Source of the DNA: Limisphaerales bacterium
GTDB taxonomy: Bacteria > Verrucomicrobiota > Verrucomicrobiia > Limisphaerales > UBA11358
DNA length: 64,000 nucleotides
Direction of reading: 5' to 3'
Assembly: GCA_025362675.1 (NCBI GenBank)
Contig: JANYFN010000054.1
Coordinates: 10,563-74,562, forward strand
Below the pieces are notes generated by a model. It made no database searches, was not told the DNA's origin, and saw only the letters and a program-made list of their open reading frames with translations. Within the stretch, counting starts at the first letter, position 1; each line of letters begins with the position of its first letter. Positions 24,527 to 33,799 of the stretch are shown piece after piece. The translations under genes and the position numbers were made by a program.

Positions 24527-25852
24527 ATGCAGCAGGTTCACCTCGGAATCATTGGCGGCGGCACTGTCGGCGGCGGCGTTTATGACGCGCTCCAGCGGAA
24601 TGGCACGCTGTTGGCCTCGCGGCTCGGCGTGAACGTGTGCGTGTGGCGCGTCGCGGTGCGTGATCTTAAAAAATCACGCGCATCAAAAATCCCCCGGACC
24701 TTGCTGACGACGGACTGGCGCGAAGTGGTTTTTGATCCGCAAGTCGAACTCATCGCCGAACTGATTGGTGGCACGACCATTGCCCGCGAAGCCATCCTTG
24801 CGGCCCTTAAACTTGGTAAGCCAGTCATCACCGCGAACAAGGCGTTGCTCTCGGCGCACGGCGAAGAACTGTTTGCCGCGGCCAAAAAATACGGCACGAA
24901 TCTTTATTACGAGGCGAGCGTGTGCGGGGGTATTCCCATCATCAAGTCGCTGCGGGAGGGGTTTGTGGGCAACCGCATCACCGCGCTTTACGGCATTGTT
25001 AACGGCACTTGCAATTACATTTTGACGCGCATGAAATTAGAAGGCGCGGATTTTGGCGCGGTGCTCGCCGAGGCGCAACGACTTGGTTACGCCGAGACGC
25101 CGCCCGACTTGGACATTGATGGTCACGACGCCGCGCACAAGACCGGCATTCTCGCCTCGCTCGCGCACGGCTTTTGGATCAACCCAAAAAAAATCCACGT
25201 CGAAGGCATCCGCCATATTTCCGCGCTCGACATCAAATTTGCCGGCGAACTCGGTTATACCATCAAGTTGCTGGGAACGGTAAAGAAAGCCGAAACTGGA
25301 GACCGGAAATCTGAAAAAAAATGCCGCGTGCAGGTTTCGGTTTATCCCACGCTGGTGCCGAATTCGCATGTGCTGGCGAGCGTGAACGGCGTATTCAACG
25401 CGGTTTTTGTGCGCGGCGATGTGGTGGGCGATTCACTTTTTTATGGGCGCGGCGCGGGCAAAGACGCCACGGCGAGCGCGGTGTTGAGCGACCTCGGCGA
25501 TGCGGTGCTTGATTTAAAATCCGGGGCGAAAAATCGTTTGCCGGCCTTTGTTCCGCATGAATGTTCCGGGGCCGTCGCGCCGATTGAAGAGGTCGTTTCA
25601 CAATATTTTGTTCGGCTGAACGTCATCGATAAACCCGGCGTGCTCGCGCGGGTCGCCACTATTTTTGGCGAGGCGAACATCGGCATTTCGTCCGTCATTC
25701 AGCCGGAAGGGCATCAGGGTAAAACCGTGCCGTTGATTTTCATGTTGCATTATGCGACCAACGGCACGGCGCTTGAGGCGCTCGCTAAGATTGCAAAACT
25801 GCCAAACGTCAAAGGCAAGCCAGTCATGATCCGCGTGGAAAATTTTGAGTAA
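24527..25852 (+). CDS. hom: Homoserine dehydrogenase (with C-terminal ACT domain)
   Basis: MQQVHLGIIGGGTVGGGV.. is the NAD fold. ..ITANKALL.., ..YYEASVCGGIPII.. and ..GIVNGTCNYILT.. are also present. The ATG at 24527 is chosen over the TTG at 24515. Confidence 0.92.
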   Translation: MQQVHLGIIGGGTVGGGVYDALQRNGTLLASRLGVNVCVWRVAVRDLKKSRASKIPRTLLTTDWREVVFDPQVELIAELIGGTTIAREAILAALKLGKPVITANKALLSAHGEELFAAAKKYGTNLYYEASVCGGIPIIKSLREGFVGNRITALYGIVNGTCNYILTRMKLEGADFGAVLAEAQRLGYAETPPDLDIDGHDAAHKTGILASLAHGFWINPKKIHVEGIRHISALDIKFAGELGYTIKLLGTVKKAETGDRKSEKKCRVQVSVYPTLVPNSHVLASVNGVFNAVFVRGDVVGDSLFYGRGAGKDATASAVLSDLGDAVLDLKSGAKNRLPAFVPHECSGAVAPIEEVVSQYFVRLNVIDKPGVLARVATIFGEANIGISSVIQPEGHQGKTVPLIFMLHYATNGTALEALAKIAKLPNVKGKPVMIRVENFE

Positions 25853-25853
25853 T

Positions 25854-27209
25854 ATGGGCCAACTTTTATTTCATTCCACCAACGGAAAATCGCCCGCCGT
25901 AAATTTGCGCGAGGCCCTGCTGCTCGGCCTAGCGCCGGATCGCGGACTTTATTTTCCTGAAAAATTTCCCAAGCTCGCGCCCGAGGAAATCGCAACGTTC
26001 GCCCGGCTGCCGTATCACGAGATCGCGTTTCGTGTGTTGTCCAAATTTACGGACGGCATTATTCCGAGCGACATTCTCGCCGCGATGTGCCGCTCGGCTT
26101 ACAATTTCCCCGTGCCGCTGGAAATCATCAATGTCCGCATTTTCCTGATGCGACTGGATCAGGGCCCGACGGCGTCGTTCAAAGATTTTGCGGCCCAGAT
26201 GATGGCGCGAATGTTTGGACGTTTCCTGCGCGAAGACAACCGGCAGGTGACCATTCTCACCGCGACGAGCGGTGACACCGGCGCGGCCGTCGCCCATGCG
26301 TTCCACAATATTCCCGGCGTTCGCGTCATTGTTTTATTTCCGATCGACGAAGTCAGCGAGAGTCAGCGAAAGCTCATGACCACGCTGAAAGACAACGTCC
26401 GCACCGTGGCGATTGACGGCAAGTTTGATGACTGTCAGGCGATGGTGAAACGTGCTTTTGCCGATCCGGATCTCGCGCACATTCCACTATCATCAGCGAA
26501 CTCGATCAACATCGGACGATTGTTGCCGCAGAGTGTTTACTATTTCTACGCCGCCTCGCGCGTCGCGCAGGCGGGTGAGCCGGTGGTTTTCTCGATTCCT
26601 AGCGGCAATTTTGGCGACATGATGGGCGCGGTTGTCGCGCGTGAAATGGGTTTGCCGGTCAAAAAAATTATTTGCGCGGTGAACGACAACGACGCGTTTC
26701 CGAAATTTCTGGCGACTGGCGACTATCAAAAAATTTCGCCGTCGCGCAACTCCCTCTCGAACGCCATGAACGTCGGACATCCAAGTAATCTTGCGCGGCT
26801 CGTAGCAGTTTATGGCGGCCAAATGGACGACACCGGCAAAATTAATAAGCTGCCGGACCTCGCCGCGATGCGTCGCGATATTTTTTCCACCTCAATTTCC
26901 GACGAACGCACCGTCTCCGGTGTGCGCGAGTTCTGGGATAATTTTCAATTACTGTTGGAGCCGCACGGCGCCGTCGCGTGGCAAGGTTTTCAAGACTGGA
27001 ACGCCGCTGAACCGCTCGGCAATTCGCCGGCTGTCATCGTCGAGACAGCGAACCCGGCAAAGTTTCCGGTCGAAGTCGAAAAGGTTGTGGGTTGGGCGCC
27101 CGACGTGCCGACGAACATGCTCGCGTCGTTCAAGCTGCCGGAAGATTTCGACCGCATGGAGGCGGACTACGAAAAATTCAAAAGTTATTTACTGGCGAAG
27201 CATGCTTGA
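25854..27209 (+). CDS. thrC: Threonine synthase
   Basis: The ATG at 25854 lies just after the hom stop. The PLP-lysine context is ..GPTASFKDFAAQ... ..TSGDTGAA.. is also present. About 450 aa. Confidence 0.9.
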   Translation: MGQLLFHSTNGKSPAVNLREALLLGLAPDRGLYFPEKFPKLAPEEIATFARLPYHEIAFRVLSKFTDGIIPSDILAAMCRSAYNFPVPLEIINVRIFLMRLDQGPTASFKDFAAQMMARMFGRFLREDNRQVTILTATSGDTGAAVAHAFHNIPGVRVIVLFPIDEVSESQRKLMTTLKDNVRTVAIDGKFDDCQAMVKRAFADPDLAHIPLSSANSINIGRLLPQSVYYFYAASRVAQAGEPVVFSIPSGNFGDMMGAVVAREMGLPVKKIICAVNDNDAFPKFLATGDYQKISPSRNSLSNAMNVGHPSNLARLVAVYGGQMDDTGKINKLPDLAAMRRDIFSTSISDERTVSGVREFWDNFQLLLEPHGAVAWQGFQDWNAAEPLGNSPAVIVETANPAKFPVEVEKVVGWAPDVPTNMLASFKLPEDFDRMEADYEKFKSYLLAKHA

Positions 27210-27343
27210 ATCGGAGCCGTTAGCGCAGCCGATATTTGTTGGTCCCGCGGGACTCGATTCCAGCTTCGACTCGTTCTGGATTGAGAAGTGACTTCAGGGT
27301 GCGATTGGCTAAAATCCCAATAGTCTCTTCGCTATGCCGTTAA

Positions 27344-28954
27344 ATGAAAGACGCCGCCAAACATCTTGAATTGCTGGATTACCTGCGGGGCGTGGCCATT
27401 TTAGCCGTCTTATTATTTCATTCGCTCAGCACCGTTTACGGTTACGACGTGCTCCCATGGCATGGCTGGTTCCGGGGCTTTTCCGTTCCCGATTCCTTTT
27501 GGTATTTCCTGCCGATCAGCCTTTTCAATATCGGCGTGCCGATATTTTTTGTCGTCAGCGGATTTTGCATTCACCTGAGTTTCCAAACGCAGGGTCAAAG
27601 GTGGGACAGCTTTTTCATCCGCCGCATCTTCCGGATTTGGCCGGCCTATCTGGTGGCACTTCTATTTTTTACTTTATTTTACATGCACCACTTCCGGCTT
27701 GACCTGTTGAGCGGACAAGTCTGGACGCAACTGTTGGCGCATTCTTTTTTCATCCATAATTATTCGACTTCAACTATCGGTGCCGTCAACGGTTCCTTCT
27801 GGAGCATGGCGGTTGAATTCCAGTTGTATTTGATTTATCCGGCGTTGCTTTTATTGGTTGGCAAGTTTGGCTGGCGCGGTGCCTTGAGCCTTCTCGCTGG
27901 AATTGAAATCCTCATCCGCGCGACTTATGGCGTCATCGAAACCATCGGCGTCGCCGAAACCACCGGGGGGTATGTTTCCTGGTTATTCACCGTTTCTCCG
28001 TTGGGCTACTGGTTCAGTTGGGCGATGGGTGCCGCGCTGGCGGAAGCATTCTTAAAAAACCAGCCGTCGCCATTTTTGAAATCGCCGCTGAAGTTGTGGC
28101 TCGCACTCGCGCTCGTCAGCTATTTTGTGCGGCCGCTGGATAACTTTCGGTTTTTATTGTTTGCGTTGATCACCGCCACCCTCATCAGCCGGCGTATTTC
28201 TCGCCCTCAGCAACAAGTTAAAACCCCGTCAGTCGGCTTAATCGCGCTGCAAAAAATCGGCTTGTGGAGCTACAGCATTTACCTCTTACACCAGCCGCTG
28301 CTCAACGTATATTCCTATGCGATCAATTGGGCGATTGCGGCCGAAAATCGTCCGGCTTTGATTGCATTTACGATCGTAGTTTTCACTTGGTCATTCGTAA
28401 TCCCGCTGAGCTTTTTGTGGTATAAAATGTTTGAGCTTCCCGGCATTGCTTTGGGAAAACGTCTTATACAAAATCTAGCTGGGCAAAATGCTGCCAAAGT
28501 TTTATCAAAAAAAACAATTCCATTAAAGGCGGCTATAACCAGCCAAAGTAATTATTGGCGGATGGCCTGCGCGCTATTGATTCTCGCTGCGGGAAGTTTT
28601 TTGGTCGGGTTCAAACTCATGCCCGTGGAACCGGCGGCGAACAACAATCTCGCTTGGTCGCTGGCCACCGATCCGGAATCAAAAAATCGCGATGGCGGGC
28701 GGGCGGTGAAACTTGCCGAAGACGCTTGCCAGCAGACGCAGTATAAACAAACGATCATGGTCGGGACTTTGGCGGCGGCTTATGCGGAGGCGGGACGATT
28801 TGAGGAATCAATTTTGGCGGCCCAACAAGCCTGCGTGTTGGCCGAGCAGAACGGCGAAACCAATTTGCTCCGGCGCAACCAAGAATTGTTGACGCTGTAT
28901 CAGAATCATCAGCCGTATCGTGACCAACCGGTCGCCACCCACAATCAGAAATGA
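27344..28954 (+). CDS. Acyltransferase family 3 membrane protein fused to a C-terminal TPR region
   Basis: 536 aa. The N-terminus LDYLRGVAILAVLLFHS.. is followed by about 10 TM helices typical of acyltransferase_3. After a final TM helix, the tail ..NNLAWSLATDPESKNRDGGRAVKLAEDAC..AAAYAEAGRFEESI.. is TPR-like. Confidence 0.75.
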   Translation: MKDAAKHLELLDYLRGVAILAVLLFHSLSTVYGYDVLPWHGWFRGFSVPDSFWYFLPISLFNIGVPIFFVVSGFCIHLSFQTQGQRWDSFFIRRIFRIWPAYLVALLFFTLFYMHHFRLDLLSGQVWTQLLAHSFFIHNYSTSTIGAVNGSFWSMAVEFQLYLIYPALLLLVGKFGWRGALSLLAGIEILIRATYGVIETIGVAETTGGYVSWLFTVSPLGYWFSWAMGAALAEAFLKNQPSPFLKSPLKLWLALALVSYFVRPLDNFRFLLFALITATLISRRISRPQQQVKTPSVGLIALQKIGLWSYSIYLLHQPLLNVYSYAINWAIAAENRPALIAFTIVVFTWSFVIPLSFLWYKMFELPGIALGKRLIQNLAGQNAAKVLSKKTIPLKAAITSQSNYWRMACALLILAAGSFLVGFKLMPVEPAANNNLAWSLATDPESKNRDGGRAVKLAEDACQQTQYKQTIMVGTLAAAYAEAGRFEESILAAQQACVLAEQNGETNLLRRNQELLTLYQNHQPYRDQPVATHNQK

Positions 28955-30342
28955 AACCGGATTCACTCAAAACCGTGGCCGTCGAAATTGTCGCCCGCTT
29001 GCAAACGGCGGGGTTCGCTGCGTTTTGGGTGGGCGGCTGCGTGCGGGATTTTTTGCTCGGCTGCGAGCCGCACGACTTTGACATCGCCACCGACGCGAAG
29101 CCGGAGCAGGTGGAAAAACTTTTTCCGCGAACGATTCCAGTCGGCAAACAATTTGGCGTCATCATCGTCCTTGAAGGCGGACACGAATTTCAAATCGCCA
29201 CGTTTCGCGCGGAGGCGGATTATCAGGATGGTCGTCGCCCGGAGAGTATTCGATTTGCCAATGCCGAAGCCGATGCGGCGCGCCGGGATTTCACGGTGAA
29301 CGGTTTATTCTACGATCCGCTCACGAAAAAAATCCACGACTGGGTGGGCGGCGAAAACGATTTGCGCGCGAAAATAATTCGCACGATTGGTGCACCAGAG
29401 GAACGGTTTGGCGAAGATCATTTGCGAATGCTGCGCGCCGTGCGTTTCGCCGCGCGGCTAGGTTTTGATATTGAAGCGAAGACTTTTGCCGCGATTCAAA
29501 CACTGGCGCCGAAAATAAAAATCATCAGCGCGGAGCGGATTCGCGAGGAGTTGATGAAATTATTTGCGCCGTCAAGTTGGAGTCCAAGCTTTAGCTTGTC
29601 CGGCAACACACTCCAGCATGAACTCCAACAGCCCGCCGCGCGCGGCTTGGTTTTGCTGCGCGCGAGCGGATTGCTGGAACATGTTTTGCCGGAGCTCGCG
29701 GCGACGATCGCGTGCGAGCAATCGCCGGATTTTCATCCGGAGGGCAGCGTGTTTAATCATATTATTTTGATGCTGCAAAAAATGCCCGTGGACGCGGATG
29801 AACTGTTGCCGTGGACGGTGTTGTTGCACGATATTGCCAAGCCGGTGACGGCGGAACGTGACGCGGCGACGGGGAAAATCCATTTCTACGGGCACGAAAA
29901 AGTCGGGGCGGAGATGGCGGAGGATATTTTGCGCCGTTTGAAATTTCCGAACCGCGAGCGCGAGATCATCGTCGCTGCCGTGAAAAATCACATGCAGTTC
30001 AAAGACGTGAGGCAGATGCGCAAGGCGACGTTGCGCCGGCTGCTCATGCGCGCGACATTGCCGCTGGAGCTGGAATTGCATCGTCTGGATTGTCTGGGTT
30101 CAAACGGGAATTTGGAGCATTACCATTTTCTCGTGGAGCAGGCAGAGGAACTAAAGAAGTTACCGGAAATCATTCCGCCGTTGTTGAACGGAAATGATTT
30201 GCTCGCACTGGGCGTTTCGCCCGGGAAAAAGATCGGTGAGGTGCTGTATGAAATCCGCGAGCGGCAACTGGCGGATGAATTAAAATCACCCGATGAAGCG
30301 CGCGCGTGGGTGAAAACATTTTTGCTTTCGCATGGCGGATGA
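28951..30342 (+). CDS. cca: CCA-adding tRNA nucleotidyltransferase with HD domain
   Basis: ..GFAAFWVGGCVRDFLLG..PHDFDIAT.. is the polymerase-beta nucleotidyltransferase motif. ..RRDFTVNGL.. is also present. The HD motif is ..LLHDIAKP... It has an ATGA overlap with the upstream gene. Confidence 0.88.
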   Translation: MKPDSLKTVAVEIVARLQTAGFAAFWVGGCVRDFLLGCEPHDFDIATDAKPEQVEKLFPRTIPVGKQFGVIIVLEGGHEFQIATFRAEADYQDGRRPESIRFANAEADAARRDFTVNGLFYDPLTKKIHDWVGGENDLRAKIIRTIGAPEERFGEDHLRMLRAVRFAARLGFDIEAKTFAAIQTLAPKIKIISAERIREELMKLFAPSSWSPSFSLSGNTLQHELQQPAARGLVLLRASGLLEHVLPELAATIACEQSPDFHPEGSVFNHIILMLQKMPVDADELLPWTVLLHDIAKPVTAERDAATGKIHFYGHEKVGAEMAEDILRRLKFPNREREIIVAAVKNHMQFKDVRQMRKATLRRLLMRATLPLELELHRLDCLGSNGNLEHYHFLVEQAEELKKLPEIIPPLLNGNDLLALGVSPGKKIGEVLYEIRERQLADELKSPDEARAWVKTFLLSHGG

Positions 30343-30613
30343 ACCGCTGGAACTGCCGATTGATGGCGTGCTGGATTTGCACACCTTCCAGCCGCGTGAC
30401 GTAAAAGATCTCGTGCCCGATTATCTGGCGGCGTGTCAGCTGCGCGGGATTTTTCGGGTGCGCATCATCCACGGCAAGGGGATTGGTAATCTGCGACGCA
30501 CGGTGCATTCACTTTTAGAAAAAAATCCAACGGTGGTTTCCTATAACTTGGATCATCCGCAGTTTGGTGGCTGGGGTGCGACGCTGGTGCAATTGCGCAA
30601 GCCGGCGGCTTGA
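30332..30613 (+). CDS. Smr domain protein
   Basis: 93 aa. ..LDLHTFQPRDVKDLV..VRIIHGKGIGNLRRTVHSLL.. is the Smr/MutS2 C-terminal domain pattern. Confidence 0.8.
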   Translation: MADEPLELPIDGVLDLHTFQPRDVKDLVPDYLAACQLRGIFRVRIIHGKGIGNLRRTVHSLLEKNPTVVSYNLDHPQFGGWGATLVQLRKPAA

Positions 30614-30619
30614 TAATTT

Positions 30620-31312
30620 TCAATACTTGAGCGGCGTATAAAGAATCGAGCGGATTTCAATTTCTGCGCCTTCGCTTTGGATGCCGATGTAGCCGGAGTC
30701 CACGGTGCATTCGGTGACTTCGTTCAGAAACTTGCCGTTGATGAAGGTCTCGACTTTGCCGTGGATGCAGATGACTTCGCATTTATTCCATTCGCCGACG
30801 GGTTTTTCCGAGCCTTGCGCGATGAGTTCGCTGCGGAAGGGAACGGGCGTGTTTTTATCTTTGCCTTTGTGTTCCAGTGCTTCCGCGCCTTCCATCAAAA
30901 AAATATCGCCCTGACGTTCGTGCTTGCCCTGCACTTGCACGCATTGGGGCCAGACTTTATCGCCGGGTTGGATGTGAACAAGGATGCCGGTGTTGTCGGC
31001 TTTGGGCGCGATTTTGACAAAGCGCCATTCGACGGTGAGAAAATAATTACTGTAAACCTGCGTGGTGCGGAGATAGCCGGTCGGTTTGCCGGAGCAATGA
31101 ATCACGCCGTTGGTGACGGTCCACGTCTGCTGAGGGTCGGCGTTGTCCTTCATGCAAAAGGTGAAGCCGGAGAAATCTTTGGCGTTGAACAGCGGCACGG
31201 ACATGCTGCGGGAATTGGCGGGCGGATAATCACTTTCGCCGTTCTGGGCGTGGAGCAGTTGGGTGCTGCTAGCGATCAGCAGGGTGAGAACGAGATGTTT
31301 CATCCGCAGCAA
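30620..31312 (-). CDS. Secreted DUF1080 (3-keto-disaccharide hydrolase-like, LamG fold) protein
   Basis: 230 aa with the signal peptide MKHLVLTLLIASSTQLLHAQ. ..WTVTNGVIHCSGKPTGYLRTTQVYSNYFLTVEWRF.. and ..GYIGIQSEGAEIEIRSI.. are typical DUF1080 strings. Confidence 0.75.
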   Translation of the reverse strand: MLRMKHLVLTLLIASSTQLLHAQNGESDYPPANSRSMSVPLFNAKDFSGFTFCMKDNADPQQTWTVTNGVIHCSGKPTGYLRTTQVYSNYFLTVEWRFVKIAPKADNTGILVHIQPGDKVWPQCVQVQGKHERQGDIFLMEGAEALEHKGKDKNTPVPFRSELIAQGSEKPVGEWNKCEVICIHGKVETFINGKFLNEVTECTVDSGYIGIQSEGAEIEIRSILYTPLKY

Positions 31313-31345
31313 GCTGCGTCGGAATTATTTCTTTGGCAAGTGGAT

Positions 31346-32635
31346 TCAGAACTCGCCGTCGGCTAGTTGTTGGCGCCACATCTCAAAATGTTCGTCGAGA
31401 TGGATCTCCTTCAGGTAGTCAGCGTTCACGGTGCTTGGCACAATGTCTGGATGTCCGGGTTGAGTGTGTTGGAGCGCGTTGGAAATGTGAATGATGCCGG
31501 CGAGACAAATATCTTTGGTGCCGCAGCGCTGCGGATGGTGATGGCAGGCGACCGTCTCGACGAGCGGGATGGGGAGGCCCCAGATGGCCAGCAGATAAGC
31601 ACCAACTTCGGCATGCGTTGTATGAAGTTTTTCTTGTTCGACGAGATACAAGGGGGTTTTGGTCTCGCGGCTTTGCTTGAGCACTTCACTGTATTCAGCG
31701 CCGAGGCTGTCGGCGAGAATGAGCTTGCCGATGTCATGTAAAATACCGGCCGCAAAAGCCTGTTCCGCGAGCTGTGGATCGTCCATGTGCTGGCGATATA
31801 ATCCGCGTCCCAGCGAGGCGACTTGGGCGGAGTGATCCCAGATTTGTTCGAGCGGGAAATCTTTACATTTCTTCTGATCGAATGAGGAATACAGCGGTGT
31901 GGCCAGGGCGAGCGACTGGATGATGCTGACGCCGAGTAATTGCACCGCTTCATCCACTGAAAAAATTTTGCGCCCAAAACCGAAGTAGGCGGAATTGGAG
32001 ATCTGCAATAATTTGGCGGAGAGGCCGGGGTCTTTGGCGGCAATTTCCGCGATCAGTTCGGTGGAGCAGGAATCTGACTGCACGGCTTCTGCGATTTCCA
32101 GATATGTCTTGGGCAGGCTTGGCAAGTTTTTGAGGCCAGCCGTAGCGGCGCGGATTTTCTCGTGGTTGAAATGGCTCTGCACGTTCGTGACGTTGTGTAA
32201 GCAGATTTTTAAATCATCAAGACTACATGGCTTGTTGAGAAATTGGTGGGTGAGGCCGACGCAGTTCATCACCTCGTTCAAATCAGCATAACCGGAAAGG
32301 ATGATGCGGACAGTGCGGGGATGCTCGCGGAGAACATGATTCAGTAATTGCGCTCCGTTCATGCCCGGCATACGCATATCAGTAATGACGACATCGAAGG
32401 GTTTTTCGCCGATGAGCTTGAGCGCTGACTCACCGTTCTCGGCGAAGTGCAAATCCCATTCCCCCGCCATGGAGCGCATGCCCAGCTTCATCAGCCGCAA
32501 CAGCGTCACTTCGTCATCCACGATCAGGACGCGGGTGCGCGCGTTGTCAGCGGGCACGCACGCTGCTTCGTTATTCTGGCCGACAAACGACTCGGCACTA
32601 CGGGCACAATTTTGTTCAAGCGTTGATGAAACCAT
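31346..32635 (-). CDS. Response regulator with an HDOD output domain
   Basis: 429 aa. The receiver is ..VLIVDDEVTLL..VITDMRMPGMNG... An HDOD/HD-type domain follows: ..ILHDIGKLIL..HAEVGAYLL..WGLP... Confidence 0.85.
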   Translation of the reverse strand: MVSSTLEQNCARSAESFVGQNNEAACVPADNARTRVLIVDDEVTLLRLMKLGMRSMAGEWDLHFAENGESALKLIGEKPFDVVITDMRMPGMNGAQLLNHVLREHPRTVRIILSGYADLNEVMNCVGLTHQFLNKPCSLDDLKICLHNVTNVQSHFNHEKIRAATAGLKNLPSLPKTYLEIAEAVQSDSCSTELIAEIAAKDPGLSAKLLQISNSAYFGFGRKIFSVDEAVQLLGVSIIQSLALATPLYSSFDQKKCKDFPLEQIWDHSAQVASLGRGLYRQHMDDPQLAEQAFAAGILHDIGKLILADSLGAEYSEVLKQSRETKTPLYLVEQEKLHTTHAEVGAYLLAIWGLPIPLVETVACHHHPQRCGTKDICLAGIIHISNALQHTQPGHPDIVPSTVNADYLKEIHLDEHFEMWRQQLADGEF

Positions 32636-32669
32636 TACAGCCTGACATCGGCAGTCCGGTCTTCAGGCT

Positions 32670-33704
32670 TTAAGAAATAGTTGCCGCGATTCGTGCCAGA
32701 ACCACGGAAGGGGACAGGGCGAGTAAGCATTCATCGCGCTTGGAAAATGTGCAATCCGGCTTCATGCAAGGTGAGCAGGGGAGATCTAGGCGCAACACAT
32801 TTTGCAACTGGCCGTAGGGCCCGGTGCGGCGTGGTTCGGTCGGGCCAAAGAGCGCGAGGAGCGGCTTGCCAAGCGCGGCGGCGACGTGCATCGGCCCGGT
32901 GTCATTCGTCACGAGAAAATCCCCGCGCCGAACCCATTCGATCATTTCTGGCAGCGTGGTGGCACCGCACAGGTTCAAAACTTTTTCCGGCGCAGCGTCA
33001 CAAATCTTTTCACCCAATGGGCGATCGTCGGTCCCACCGAGAACAGCAAACTGTGCGTCCGGAATTTTTTGCGCAAGGGCGCGGACGAGTTCGGCAAAAT
33101 GCACCACCGGCCAGCGCTTGTTTTCCCAACGCGCACCGGGCTGGAGCAAAATCAGTTTTGAATGGGGAGCTTTGAATTTGGAATGCACGCCTAACCACTT
33201 GCGTTCCACGTCGGCGGCTACGGAGGCGTTTTCTGGCAGCCAGGTAAATTTTTTATGCACTGGAACTCCGAGCGGCGGCAGCACGGAGAGATACCAGTCC
33301 ACGGCGTGAGTGAAATAATCTTTGCGCGGCGCGGCGCGGTCGTAGTAACCGCGCGCCCCTTCGCGGGCTTCATCCAGCCCGACGAGCAGTTTTCCCCGCG
33401 CGAGCCATGCGAACGCACCGCTGCGCGCGAGACATTGCAGGTCAATGATCAGATCGAAGTTTTGCGCGCGTAACCAGCGGATACTGCGGAGCATTTCCGG
33501 CCAGTGTTTCGGTTTGCCCCAGCGTTTGCGTTCGAAGCGCACGACGCCTGCGAGGTCCGGGTCGCCTTCAATCAAAGGGGCGAGCGAAGAATCAATCCAC
33601 CAGTAAATCTGAGCCTCGCGAAAATGTAGTTTCAATAAACGCAGCACGGGCAAAGCGTGAATCACGTCACCAAGCGAACTGGGTTTAAGAATAAGGATTT
33701 TCAA
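32670..33704 (-). CDS. Glycosyltransferase family 9 (heptosyltransferase-like)
   Basis: 344 aa with a TTG start. (M)KILILKPSSLGDVIHALPVL.. and ..VTNDTGPMHVAAALGKPLLALFGPT.. are GT9 signatures. Confidence 0.85.
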   Translation of the reverse strand: MKILILKPSSLGDVIHALPVLRLLKLHFREAQIYWWIDSSLAPLIEGDPDLAGVVRFERKRWGKPKHWPEMLRSIRWLRAQNFDLIIDLQCLARSGAFAWLARGKLLVGLDEAREGARGYYDRAAPRKDYFTHAVDWYLSVLPPLGVPVHKKFTWLPENASVAADVERKWLGVHSKFKAPHSKLILLQPGARWENKRWPVVHFAELVRALAQKIPDAQFAVLGGTDDRPLGEKICDAAPEKVLNLCGATTLPEMIEWVRRGDFLVTNDTGPMHVAAALGKPLLALFGPTEPRRTGPYGQLQNVLRLDLPCSPCMKPDCTFSKRDECLLALSPSVVLARIAATIS

Positions 33705-33714
33705 AACGAAAGGC

Positions 33715-33794
33715 TGAAGGATGAATTATGAATGATGAAACTCGGCGTTCAAGGGCTGTGTCGCCCGAAAGGAATTTTCATCCTTCATCCCTCA
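33715..33794. repeat. Heptamer-phased inverted array, ATGA-type variant (copy D)
   Basis: TGA lies at 33715, 33722, 33729 and 33736; three of these are ATGA. The mirrored TCA lies at 33778, 33785 and 33792. The arms are about 20/25 complementary around a ~35-nt centre. The element fills the gap between the TAG stop of the phosphoesterase gene (33800-33802) and the TTG start of the GT9 gene (33704). Confidence 0.8.
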
Positions 33795-33799
33795 TACTT

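Noticed and set aside
27211-27269. tRNA-like fragment after thrC (7-bp acceptor-like stem, GGACTCGATTCC resembling a T-loop), a possible att-site remnant
   Set aside because: It is only 59 nt. It has no D arm or anticodon arm, and the T-stem does not pair. No integrase or direct repeat is nearby. I keep it only as an inverted-repeat structure.
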